Assembly: GCA_963752965.1 (NCBI GenBank) | Contig: CAVWAJ010000007.1 | Location: 489,898-553,897, forward strand | DNA from: Terriglobia bacterium | Lineage (GTDB): Bacteria; Acidobacteriota; Terriglobia; Bryobacterales; Bryobacteraceae | Direction of reading: 5' to 3' | DNA length: 64,000 bases | Shown: piece by piece, positions 26,998 to 34,996 of the stretch | Position numbering within the stretch: position 1 is the stretch's first letter | Layout: each line of letters begins with the position of its first letter | Notes under the pieces: generated by a model | Database searches by the model: none | What the model was told of the DNA's origin: nothing | The model's input: only the letters and a program-made list of their open reading frames with translations | Made by a program: the position numbers and the translations under genes

Positions 26998-28668
26998 ATG
27001 CACGCGCCTCACACCGAATCTGCTGTACCCTTCCTTGTTCTGCCGGACGCTGGTCCCGCAGACTGTCTTCCGCCGCTGGGCGCGAACCTGAAAGTACTCA
27101 TGGTCTGGCCGAAATTTCCGCCGTCTTTCTGGGGCTTCGAGGGCGTGCTGGAGATGATTCCGGAGCGGGCGATGACGCCGCCTCTGGGCCTGATCACTGT
27201 GGCGGCACTATGCCCGCCGACGTGGAATATCCGCCTGATGGATCATGCATTCGAAGAAGTGCGCGACGAAGACATGCTGTGGGCCGACCTGGTGATGGTC
27301 AGCGCCATGCACGCGCAACGGACGGATGCGCGGGCGATTCTGGCGCGCGCGCGTGCGCTTGGGCGGCGAACCTTCATCGGTGGGCCGTGGGCCAGTACCG
27401 AACCGGAGCTGTTGCTGTTGGAAGCGGACCACGTGCTGGTGGGCGAGGCCGAGGAGGCGTTTGCGGATATTGCAACGGCGCTCGAACAGGGCACGGCGCG
27501 GCGTTTGTACCGCATCTCCGACAAGCCCGACATGACGCGCAGCCCGGTGCCGCGCTACGACCTGCTGCGCAGGGACAAGTACACGTCGATGCCGGTGCAG
27601 TACTCGCGCGGGTGCCCCTTTCAATGCGAATTCTGCGACATCATCACGATCTACGGGCGGCGGCCGCGGATGAAGACATCGGCGCAGGTGATCGCGGAAC
27701 TCGACACACTGCGTGAGCTAGGGTGGCGCAATGAAGTATTCATTGTGGACGATAACTTCATCGGAAATTACAATCAGGCCCTGCTGCTAACCCGCGACCT
27801 GGCGGCGTGGCAGGATCGGCACAATCGGCCGTTCTCGTTCTACACCGAGGCTTCGATCGATTTGGCGGACCGGCCCGAGCTATTGGCGACCATGGTGAAT
27901 GCGAATTTCATGTACGTGTTTATCGGCATCGAGACGCCGTCTGGCGATGCTCTGAAGGAGTCGAAGAAGTTTCAAAACCTGCGCCACGATAACGCCGAGC
28001 AGATTCGCGTGATCCAGCAGGCCGGCCTCTGGGTGTTGGGTGGATTTATTGTGGGCTTTGACTCCGACGATGAGGGCATTTTCGAGCGGCAACTGGAGTT
28101 CATTGACCGGACGGCAATCGCCTGGGCCATGGCGGGTGTGTTGATGGCACCACCTACAACGGCGCTGTACGACCGGATGAAACGCGAAGGCCGCCTGTTA
28201 GAGGGCAGCCAAGCCACATCCAACTTCAGCGTTCCGAATTTCCGTACGATACTGCCGCCCGAGGTGCTACTGCGGGGGCTTAGCCGTCTTCTGAGCGGGT
28301 TGTACGAAGCGGAGCCGTTCTTCAAGCGCGCGTGCCGCTCACTCGAAGTGTGGCAGCCGCGCGGGCAGCGGCCTCCGAGCCTGCCGTGGTCCTACAATCT
28401 GCGTGTGCTGTTCGCTTCCATGTGGCGGCAGGGGGTGCGTTCGAGCTACCGGCGGGCGTACTGGAAGTTTCTCTGGCTGATGACGTGGAACTGGGCGCGC
28501 CAACCGGCGAAGATGTGGCTCGGATTCATGGTGCTGCTATCGGCGCACCATTTTGTGATCTATTCGCGCCAAGTGGCGGATGAACTGGAGCGAGAGTGCC
28601 AGGCGCTGGAGCAGGCCGAGATACCTTCTTCGATGGAGCCGGTCGCAGTAGCGGCAGCCGCGCTGTGA
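26998..28668 (+). CDS. Class B (B12-binding domain) radical SAM protein with DUF4070-like C-terminal region
   Basis: 556 aa. N-terminal Rossmann-like B12-binding region (LKVLMVWPKF...LVMVSAMHAQ...FIGGPW). Radical SAM motif YSRGCPFQCEFCDI. C-terminal basic/hydrophobic region (YRRAYWKFLWLMTWNW...HHFVIY). Confidence 0.85.
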   Translation: MHAPHTESAVPFLVLPDAGPADCLPPLGANLKVLMVWPKFPPSFWGFEGVLEMIPERAMTPPLGLITVAALCPPTWNIRLMDHAFEEVRDEDMLWADLVMVSAMHAQRTDARAILARARALGRRTFIGGPWASTEPELLLLEADHVLVGEAEEAFADIATALEQGTARRLYRISDKPDMTRSPVPRYDLLRRDKYTSMPVQYSRGCPFQCEFCDIITIYGRRPRMKTSAQVIAELDTLRELGWRNEVFIVDDNFIGNYNQALLLTRDLAAWQDRHNRPFSFYTEASIDLADRPELLATMVNANFMYVFIGIETPSGDALKESKKFQNLRHDNAEQIRVIQQAGLWVLGGFIVGFDSDDEGIFERQLEFIDRTAIAWAMAGVLMAPPTTALYDRMKREGRLLEGSQATSNFSVPNFRTILPPEVLLRGLSRLLSGLYEAEPFFKRACRSLEVWQPRGQRPPSLPWSYNLRVLFASMWRQGVRSSYRRAYWKFLWLMTWNWARQPAKMWLGFMVLLSAHHFVIYSRQVADELERECQALEQAEIPSSMEPVAVAAAAL

Positions 28669-28678
28669 ATGTGCGCCC

Positions 28679-29761
28679 TTAGTGCGCGGGCACAAACTGC
28701 ACGTTGATGAACACTTCGCGCTGGACCGGCACGATTCCGCGCCCGGCTGGACGACCGTAGTTGCTGCTGCGCACCAGTTGCAACGCCGCTTCACTGAGCG
28801 AGGCGTTGGCGACGTCGAGCGACTCCGCTTCCAGGACCTTGCCAGTAACATCCAGGACGGCGTGCACAATGACCGGCTGAATGGTTCCCGACGCGATCTG
28901 AGCATTGGGCTGGACTTGCGGAAAACGCACGGGTCCGCGAATTACGACACCCGGACCTCGCATTTCTTCCGTGGGAGTGAACGAAGTGGAATCCACTGCT
29001 CCAGCATCTTGCAGGCCTTCGATCTGCATCTGAACCACCGGACTTCCGTTCTCTACGATCGAAATTTGACTGGCAATCGTGCTGCCGTGGAATTCGAAAG
29101 CGCTTGAGTAGTCGTAGACATTGTAGATACCCGGCGCTACCGAGTACGTCTGCAATAGGCCCGATTTTGGATCGACGCAGAACTCCTCTTCCTGCCACCG
29201 GCGGCCGGGCGTCGCCTTGACTTCGGATCGCGTGCCGGAAACCAGCGCGCAGGTAACCGGAGCGCCCTTCCAGGTGGCGCCAGCGGTGCGAATCAGCGCG
29301 TCGGCGAAGTTTCCGGAGACCGGCCAAAAGATGGCACTCCGGACTATTTGTAAGCGGAGCGGCAGATAGGCGTGAGCTTTCGTATCGTAAGCAGCCCCGT
29401 CATAGTAGATTCGCGATTGCGAGTAATCGCCGAGATGGGCCGTCCAGCGCCAGGTTCCCGGCGTCATCCAGACTTCCTCCATCTCACCCGGCCCGGTATA
29501 CGAAGTCTGGCCGCTCGAAACGAAGGAAACCTTGAGATCGAAGGGAGCGCCCGCGGGCGCATGCAGATGATTGTTCTGACGGGCGCGCTCCAGCAACGCC
29601 AGGATGGTCGCCCGCTTGTCCGGAGTATCGGCGATTTGGACCGGGCCGGTGGCCAGCTCGAGTGGGTCGCTCGGAACCGGCGCCAGTTGATTCTGGCCAA
29701 ACCCGGCGGTAACTGCCAGGCAAGCCGGGAAGAGAAGGCGCAGCAACCGCATTCGCAGCAT
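28679..29761 (-). CDS. Exported protein with TonB C-terminal-like domain
   Basis: Preferred ATG at 29761 (MLRMRLLRLLFPACLAVTAGFG). C-terminal about 80 aa resemble TonB_C (GTIQPVIVHAVLDVTGKVLEAESLDVANASLSEAALQLVRSSNYGRP...VFINVQF). The middle region belongs to no family I recognise. Confidence 0.55.
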   Translation of the reverse strand: MLRMRLLRLLFPACLAVTAGFGQNQLAPVPSDPLELATGPVQIADTPDKRATILALLERARQNNHLHAPAGAPFDLKVSFVSSGQTSYTGPGEMEEVWMTPGTWRWTAHLGDYSQSRIYYDGAAYDTKAHAYLPLRLQIVRSAIFWPVSGNFADALIRTAGATWKGAPVTCALVSGTRSEVKATPGRRWQEEEFCVDPKSGLLQTYSVAPGIYNVYDYSSAFEFHGSTIASQISIVENGSPVVQMQIEGLQDAGAVDSTSFTPTEEMRGPGVVIRGPVRFPQVQPNAQIASGTIQPVIVHAVLDVTGKVLEAESLDVANASLSEAALQLVRSSNYGRPAGRGIVPVQREVFINVQFVPAH

Positions 29762-29892
29762 GTTACTCCCCGGTGCGAGTTTATCACGGGGGGTACTTAC
29801 ACCCGGCGCCGCAACGGAATTGTGACGCGATTGTAAATTGAATTTCACATCTGTTAGGTATTCTCTGCTGGTCGAGTTAACCAAGGAGAATT

Positions 29893-31512
29893 ATGGCTTC
29901 CGCAGCGGCAGTACCAACACCAGCAGCTAAACCTTCCTCTCTACTGGAGAAGAAGCTATCCAAAGGCCATGGGCGAACCCCGTTGCTTATTTTTGGAGTC
30001 GTCCTGCTCATCGGAGTGCTTTACACCGGGTGGAGTCTGGTGAACGATCTGGCCCAAGTGAAGTCGACGTCAATGTTCCCCTATCTGCTCCTGGGCTTCG
30101 CGCTCCTGGTGGCGCTCGGATTCGAATTCGTGAATGGATTTCACGATACGGCAAACGCCGTGGCGACCGTCATCTATACGCACACGCTCGACCCACACGT
30201 GGCTGTGATGTGGTCGGGCGCGTGGAACTTCCTGGGCGTGATGGTGTCGAGCGGCGCGGTGGCGTTTAGCATCATCTCGTTGTTGCCGGTGGAGTTGATC
30301 CTGCAAGTGGGCAGCTCAGCCGGATTCGCCATGGTGTTCGCACTGCTGGTGGCGGCGATCATCTGGAACCTCGGCACCTGGTCCTTGGGACTACCTGCCT
30401 CCAGCTCTCACACACTCATCGGATCGGTCATCGGCGTCGGCATCGCGAACCAATTGATGGCGGTGAAGACCGGTACGAGCGGCGTGGACTGGGGGCAGGC
30501 GGCCAACATTGGGAAATCGCTCCTGCTCTCGCCGATGGTGGGATTTGCGGTCGCGGCGCTGTTGCTTCTGGCGGTCAAGGCGATGATCCCAGACAAGCGC
30601 TTGTACCAAGCTCCCGAAGGCGATGCACCGCCACCGTTCTGGATTCGTGGGTTACTGCTGCTGACCTGCACCGGCGTGAGTTTCTTTCACGGCTCCAACG
30701 ACGGACAGAAGGGCATGGGGCTCATCATGCTCATCCTGATAGGCACGTGGCCCACGGCGTATGCGCTCAACCACGCGGTGACGGTCAAACAGTCGCAGGA
30801 CTACATCGCCGTCTCCCGCCAGGCAGTCGATGTGCTTAACCACTACGTGAAGGGGGCCAGCGTGATGGCCGACCCGCGCGAAGACGTGACTGAGTACGTT
30901 CGCACGCGCGAGTACAAGCCGAGCACAACGCTGGCCCTGCGCGAGCTCATTGGCGACATGGCCAATGAAATGTCGATTTTCAAACTGCTGGCGAATGTGC
31001 CGGTCGAACGCACCCGCAACTTCCGCAACGACATGTACCTGGTCAGCGAGGCGCTACGCCTCATGCAGAAATCCGGCCAGCCGGAGTTCACGGCAGCCGA
31101 CGCGGAGGTACTGAAGAACTACAAAAAGCACATCGACACCGCGACGCGTTTCATTCCCACGTGGGTGAAGGTTGCCGTAGCACTGGCGCTCGGTTTGGGC
31201 ACGATGGTGGGCTGGAAGCGCATCGTGATCACGGTAGGAGAAAAGATCGGCAAGGACCACTTGACCTACGCGCAGGGAGCCGCGGCGGAGATTACGGCGA
31301 TGGCCACGATCGGCGCGGCAGATGGTTTCGGCTTGCCGGTAAGTACCACGCACGTTCTTTCATCGGGCATAGCCGGCACGATGGCGGCGAATCACTCCGG
31401 ACTGCAATGGGCAACGGTGCGAAATCTGCTGATGGCGTGGGTGCTCACGCTGCCGGCGTCGATTCTGCTGGCCGGCTTCCTGTTTTGGGTGTTCCGCAGC
31501 ATGGCGGCATGA
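29893..31512 (+). CDS. pitA: Inorganic phosphate transporter, PiT (PitA/PHO4) family
   Basis: 539 aa. Paired PiT signatures GFHDTANAVAT and FHGSNDGQKGMG, plus C-terminal STTHVLSSGIAG. About 10 TM segments and a large central cytoplasmic loop. AAGGAG precedes the ATG. Confidence 0.9.
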   Translation: MASAAAVPTPAAKPSSLLEKKLSKGHGRTPLLIFGVVLLIGVLYTGWSLVNDLAQVKSTSMFPYLLLGFALLVALGFEFVNGFHDTANAVATVIYTHTLDPHVAVMWSGAWNFLGVMVSSGAVAFSIISLLPVELILQVGSSAGFAMVFALLVAAIIWNLGTWSLGLPASSSHTLIGSVIGVGIANQLMAVKTGTSGVDWGQAANIGKSLLLSPMVGFAVAALLLLAVKAMIPDKRLYQAPEGDAPPPFWIRGLLLLTCTGVSFFHGSNDGQKGMGLIMLILIGTWPTAYALNHAVTVKQSQDYIAVSRQAVDVLNHYVKGASVMADPREDVTEYVRTREYKPSTTLALRELIGDMANEMSIFKLLANVPVERTRNFRNDMYLVSEALRLMQKSGQPEFTAADAEVLKNYKKHIDTATRFIPTWVKVAVALALGLGTMVGWKRIVITVGEKIGKDHLTYAQGAAAEITAMATIGAADGFGLPVSTTHVLSSGIAGTMAANHSGLQWATVRNLLMAWVLTLPASILLAGFLFWVFRSMAA

Positions 31513-31517
31513 TAAAG

Positions 31518-32435
31518 CTACGCGGCCCGGCGCGCGCTTGCGTCCCGGCCACCCTGTAGCACGCGCCGGAACGCCTCCAGTTGATACGCGGGACCGAGCG
31601 CAAAAGCGGTGCCGGCCAGGAACCAGGCAAACCAGCCTAAAGCGTGTGCCTGTTCCGGCAGATGGTTTTGCCAGAGCAGGATGTCGCCCGCCGCGTGGAG
31701 AGCGATACCCGCGGCGAAAGCGCCCCAGCATTTGGCGATCAGCCCCCATCCCGTACCGAACACCGGGCGCAGAATGCAGAACGCCTCAAACAGCAGCACG
31801 ATGAGGAGCGGGTCGTTGGGCCATCCGAGAATCTGAAAGCCGCTGTTCGCTTTCCCGGTCCGCAACAGGGCCTGCAAGAGCTTGGCTTCGTGCACCGTGT
31901 ACATGACGAGCGCGACCGCCAGCAGCCCGGCCCAGCGCCCCAGATGGGGGAACAGGCCGGAACGGCGGTAGGCCCGCAACACAAAGGAGAGGCCGCACGC
32001 CAGAAGCGTCATCTGGAAGGGGCCGTTCATCAGCAGTCCCACGCGTGCGAATAAGCGGATGGCCGGAGCAGGCCATCCGGTGCTTGTGTACATGAGTGGA
32101 TTCAAGTGCGTGTAGGCGCCCAATACTTGCGTACAGATGCTACCCAGGCATTGTGCGCCAGCGGCCCACATGATGAGAAGCCATGCCTGCCGCAGCAGGT
32201 CGCTCTTTGAGAATTGCCGCCAGCACCGCCAACTGAGCCAGAGCCCGGCGGCGCTCGCGCTCACCAGAAACAAGGCGCCTGGGTAACGCAGGAAGTCCAC
32301 GAGCAGGGTGGCCTTGCCCGTCAGCGAGGCAACCACCGCGATGACCATCGCGATGGCCAGGTGAGCCACCGTAATCGCGCCGATCAGCCACGGAAGCGGT
32401 GGCGCCGGGGTCCAGAGTTTTCTGAGTGCGTTCAT
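31518..32435 (-). CDS. Polytopic (about 8 TM) membrane protein, unknown family, last gene of the ECF sigma operon
   Basis: 305 aa. ATGA overlap with the anti-sigma gene at 32432-32435. About eight hydrophobic segments, Trp-rich. Confidence 0.6.
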   Translation of the reverse strand: MNALRKLWTPAPPLPWLIGAITVAHLAIAMVIAVVASLTGKATLLVDFLRYPGALFLVSASAAGLWLSWRCWRQFSKSDLLRQAWLLIMWAAGAQCLGSICTQVLGAYTHLNPLMYTSTGWPAPAIRLFARVGLLMNGPFQMTLLACGLSFVLRAYRRSGLFPHLGRWAGLLAVALVMYTVHEAKLLQALLRTGKANSGFQILGWPNDPLLIVLLFEAFCILRPVFGTGWGLIAKCWGAFAAGIALHAAGDILLWQNHLPEQAHALGWFAWFLAGTAFALGPAYQLEAFRRVLQGGRDASARRAA

Positions 32436-32884
32436 GGTTGGCCTGCGGCGAGATCCCCTGTGAAATCCACTCCGTCAATGGCACGGCTGGCGAGCACAGC
32501 GGCGGCTTTCTCCCCGAGAAATGCGGCAAACATAGGAAGCACGTTAGGGTGATTCTGTTGTGCGCCCAGCTCCTTGGTAACCGATTCGGCCGCTCGCGAG
32601 CCAAAGAACAGTTGCAATTGCGATGCGACACGCTCCCGAACCTCCGGCTTCACGGCCTCACCCTGCGCCAGTTGCCACTCTCGCAATCCTTCGAGCAGGG
32701 TGGCGAGACCTTGCTCGAGCCGCGGTTTTTCCACCGGGATCCGTGCCCCCATCGAAATCAGCTGCTCGAACTCTGCCTCCAGGCGCTCCAGCTCCTGGCG
32801 GCACTCGGCGCAGCATTCGAGGTGTGCCGCCATCTTTCCTGCCGGGCGACGGGCAAGTTCCCCGTCCCGGTAGGCCACCAGCAT
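32432..32884 (-). CDS. zf-HC2 anti-sigma factor, apparently without a transmembrane segment
   Basis: Preferred ATG at 32884, 7 nt after the sigma stop. Sequence MLVAYRDGELARRPAGKMAAHLECCAECRQEL carries the HxxxCxxC motif. I see no hydrophobic stretch long enough to be a TM in the remaining about 120 aa. Confidence 0.7.
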   Translation of the reverse strand: MLVAYRDGELARRPAGKMAAHLECCAECRQELERLEAEFEQLISMGARIPVEKPRLEQGLATLLEGLREWQLAQGEAVKPEVRERVASQLQLFFGSRAAESVTKELGAQQNHPNVLPMFAAFLGEKAAAVLASRAIDGVDFTGDLAAGQP

Positions 32885-32891
32885 TTCAATA

Positions 32892-33497
32892 TCAGGATGA
32901 ATAGGAGTTCTCCTCTCTGGGAACCCTCGCGGGCTCCGGTGCTGTGCGTTCTCGCGTCTCACCGGAATACCCGAGAGCGCGCCGCACTTTTTTGTGGGCA
33001 CGGGCGAGCGTCGCCCCGATCGTGCCCTGGCGCAGATCCAGGACCTGCGCGATTTCGTCGTAACTCAAACCTTCGGCCCGCAGCCGCACGCACTCCAGCT
33101 CCCGCGGCGCCAGCGCCCGGGCGAGATCGCGGGCCATCTCGGCGCGATGGTAGCGCCGCTCCGGGTCGTTCCGGCCGTCGTGCGGCTCGTCAATCTTGTC
33201 GATCGCGATCTCATTCTTCACGCTTGACGACTTGAGGGTATCGAGCAAGTGATTGCGCAGAACCCGGAACAGCCATGCTTTCGGATCGAGGAACTGCTGG
33301 CCCTCGCTGCGTGCCACGAAGTACCGCAGGAAGATCTCCTGCAAGGCATCCTGAGCAGCGCCCGTGTCCGTAACCATTGAAAGGGCGTATCGCAGCAGCC
33401 CAGCTGCATGGAGCGTGTAAAGCGCCGACATCTCCTGCTCCATCGGATTGAGAGGAGCAGGGCATTGACACTTCGCGGGTTGGTTATCCCGAGACAC
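32892..33497 (-). CDS. ECF-type RNA polymerase sigma-70 family factor
   Basis: Region 2 (DALQEIFLRYFVA...DPKAWLFRVLRNHLLD) and region 4 HTH (LAPRELECVRLRAEGLSYDEIAQVLDLRQGTIGATLARAHKKVR). The true start may be the internal ATG at 33443. Confidence 0.85.
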   Translation of the reverse strand: MSRDNQPAKCQCPAPLNPMEQEMSALYTLHAAGLLRYALSMVTDTGAAQDALQEIFLRYFVARSEGQQFLDPKAWLFRVLRNHLLDTLKSSSVKNEIAIDKIDEPHDGRNDPERRYHRAEMARDLARALAPRELECVRLRAEGLSYDEIAQVLDLRQGTIGATLARAHKKVRRALGYSGETRERTAPEPARVPREENSYSS

Positions 33498-33698
33498 CCA
33501 AGTTCGATCTTCGAGTCAAGGTCACCGGAAAGCAATATTGCCTTCAGTTAACCCTTACTGTTGCAATAAGTTATGGATAATGCCGAGGGAGTGAAATATC
33601 GCGGCGTTGTAAAGATGTGGGCCTCGCCGCTCGTCTCAGTGCGCGAGAGGATCTGCATAAGTCGGCAAACACCCGCGACAGGAGCGGGGCGGGCAGGA

Positions 33699-34157
33699 AT
33701 GGAGAACAAGGCGATGCTCGGCATTTCGACGGGAACAGAGACGATTCTGGTGGTAGAGAATGAGCCCGGAATGCGGCGTCTGATGAGCCAGATGCTTGGC
33801 CTCGCGGGCTACACCGTGTGGGAGGCGGCCGACGGTGCGGAAGCGGTTCGATTAATGGAAGAGGGCGGCCGTCCGGCCGATCTGTTGCTGGCGGACATGG
33901 CTATCCCCGCGGTGAGCGGCAGGACGCTGACGCAGTGCCTGGCCCAGCAGTTCCCCACCACCCGGATCTTGTTTACTTCGGAACAAGCCGACGGGGATGC
34001 CGTCCGCGAGGTGGCGGCGACAGGAGCACAGGTGCTGCCCAAGCCGTTTTCTCCCGGCGCTCTGATGTACAAGGTCCGCGAAGTGCTCGACGAGCCATTC
34101 GAGTATCTGTCCGCTCGCCATGCAGCGGCGGGTGGAGATCACTCTAGCGTGGGCTGA
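33699..34157 (+). CDS. Stand-alone response regulator receiver (CheY-like) protein
   Basis: Preferred ATG at 33699 (MENKAMLGISTGTETILVVENEPGMRRL). Acceptor Asp in LLLADMAIP, Thr/Ser in ILFTSEQ, Lys in LPKPF. No output domain. Confidence 0.8.
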   Translation: MENKAMLGISTGTETILVVENEPGMRRLMSQMLGLAGYTVWEAADGAEAVRLMEEGGRPADLLLADMAIPAVSGRTLTQCLAQQFPTTRILFTSEQADGDAVREVAATGAQVLPKPFSPGALMYKVREVLDEPFEYLSARHAAAGGDHSSVG

Positions 34158-34191
34158 TCCAGCCGGGAATATTTCGGTATACTGCAGTCGA

Positions 34192-34485
34192 ATGGCGAAC
34201 CCGAAATATAAGGTATCCGACAAGCCCATCCCCGTTTCGGAACTCGTTGAAACATTGAGCGACGGCACCAAGGTGAAGCGCCGCATCCCGCGTATGCGTG
34301 CTTGCAGCGAGAAGGACGCCAAGGGGAAGCTCTGCGCCGGACATCTGAAGCGCTGGTATTTCTTTGGCGACGAGGTGAAACGGAAGTTCGGACCGGAAGC
34401 GGAAATTTACCGGTGCGAACACTGTAAGACGCTATACCTGCCTAGCCTGGAAGAGCAGCCGCGCACCGGAACGCTGGCTTGGTAA
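34192..34485 (+). CDS. Small (97 aa) basic protein with a zinc-ribbon-like Cys/His arrangement
   Basis: Sequence MANPKYKVSDKPIP...RACSEKDAKGKLCAGHLKRWYFFGDEVKRKFGPEAEIYRCEHCKTLYLP, i.e. C-x9-C-x2-H...C-x2-C. GC3-rich codons. TATACT at 34178-34183 lies 8 nt before the ATG. Confidence 0.55.
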   Translation: MANPKYKVSDKPIPVSELVETLSDGTKVKRRIPRMRACSEKDAKGKLCAGHLKRWYFFGDEVKRKFGPEAEIYRCEHCKTLYLPSLEEQPRTGTLAW

Positions 34486-34542
34486 AAGAAAAACCGCATC
34501 GGGCAGGCCCCTAGACGTACTGGAGCCGAACTCCGATGCGGT
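34484..34542 (-). terminator. Rho-independent terminator of a minus-strand transcript in the ORF-poor gap
   Basis: 10-bp outer stem (34493-34502 / 34533-34542) plus a 6-bp inner stem (34506-34511 / 34522-34527) that contains a G-U pair only when read on the minus strand. On the minus strand it is followed by UUUUUCUUUU (34493-34484). No U-tract follows it on the plus strand. Confidence 0.55.
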
Positions 34543-34697
34543 CCGCCCGTGTCGAGCTGGGATCCGGCGGCGGGTCGTCTGGATTCACTGCTGTTCCGCT
34601 ACGATTCCTGGCGAGGTCCGCGTCCGACTCTTCCTACACCAGAAACGCCAGAGGACTACCGCAACCGAGATCCCGGGAGAGAAGTTAAAATAGCGCT

Positions 34698-34859
34698 AAA
34701 AAAAACCCCTCTGTTGCAACCAGCAAACGATTTCATCGCAAGCGTCTAACCACGGCAAAAACATCGAGCTCCCGCAAGCACGTTGTTTCTCTCTCGCCCG
34801 CTTTGGCCTCGCCTGCCTGTTGCAGCAGAGGGCAGGTTTACAAGTTACTTCGCCAATTC
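34698..34859 (-). ncRNA. Candidate structured small RNA (family unknown), from the predicted start site to a U8 tract
   Basis: Lies downstream of the candidate promoter at 34866-34894. A 14-bp long-range helix (34819-34832 with 34707-34720) is followed immediately by U8 (34705-34698). No ORF of 60 aa or more on this strand. Boundaries are inferred, not measured. Confidence 0.3.
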
Positions 34860-34865
34860 ATCAAA

Positions 34866-34894
34866 GGAATAGCAACCCCGCGGCCAACTGTCAA
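34866..34894 (-). promoter_or_regulatory. Candidate sigma70 promoter (extended -10) for the minus-strand transcript
   Basis: Reverse strand reads TTGACA (34894-34889), 17-nt spacer ending in TGc, then TATTCC (34871-34866). Confidence 0.4.
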
Positions 34895-34996
34895 TCCCCG
34901 TAACGCATTGATTTCGCGTGATGGAGGCGTCAGCCGAAGCTGAAATCTGAGGCGGCGTGGTATGGGACTGTGGCGCTATGACACAATCGAGAGTTT

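Noticed and set aside
34600-34660. The minus-strand string aggaagagtcggacgcgg resembles the RNase P P4 element GAGGAAAGUCCGGGC. The plus-strand string ggcgaggtccg resembles part of the SRP RNA domain IV.
   Set aside because: Both matches need indels or mismatches in positions that are essentially invariant. None of the other conserved RNase P regions is present (for example ACAGAACCCGGCUUA), nor is the SRP GGAA-tetraloop helix.
34549-34749. A 66-aa plus-strand ORF ending in ANDFIASV-stop. It superficially resembles a tmRNA tag reading frame (tags often begin AND...).
   Set aside because: There is no GGGG...UUCGAC-type 5' end. There is no T-arm or CCA-ready acceptor 3' end at the expected distance on either strand. 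The tag does not end in the usual (L/V)AA. The ORF itself has non-coding-like composition.
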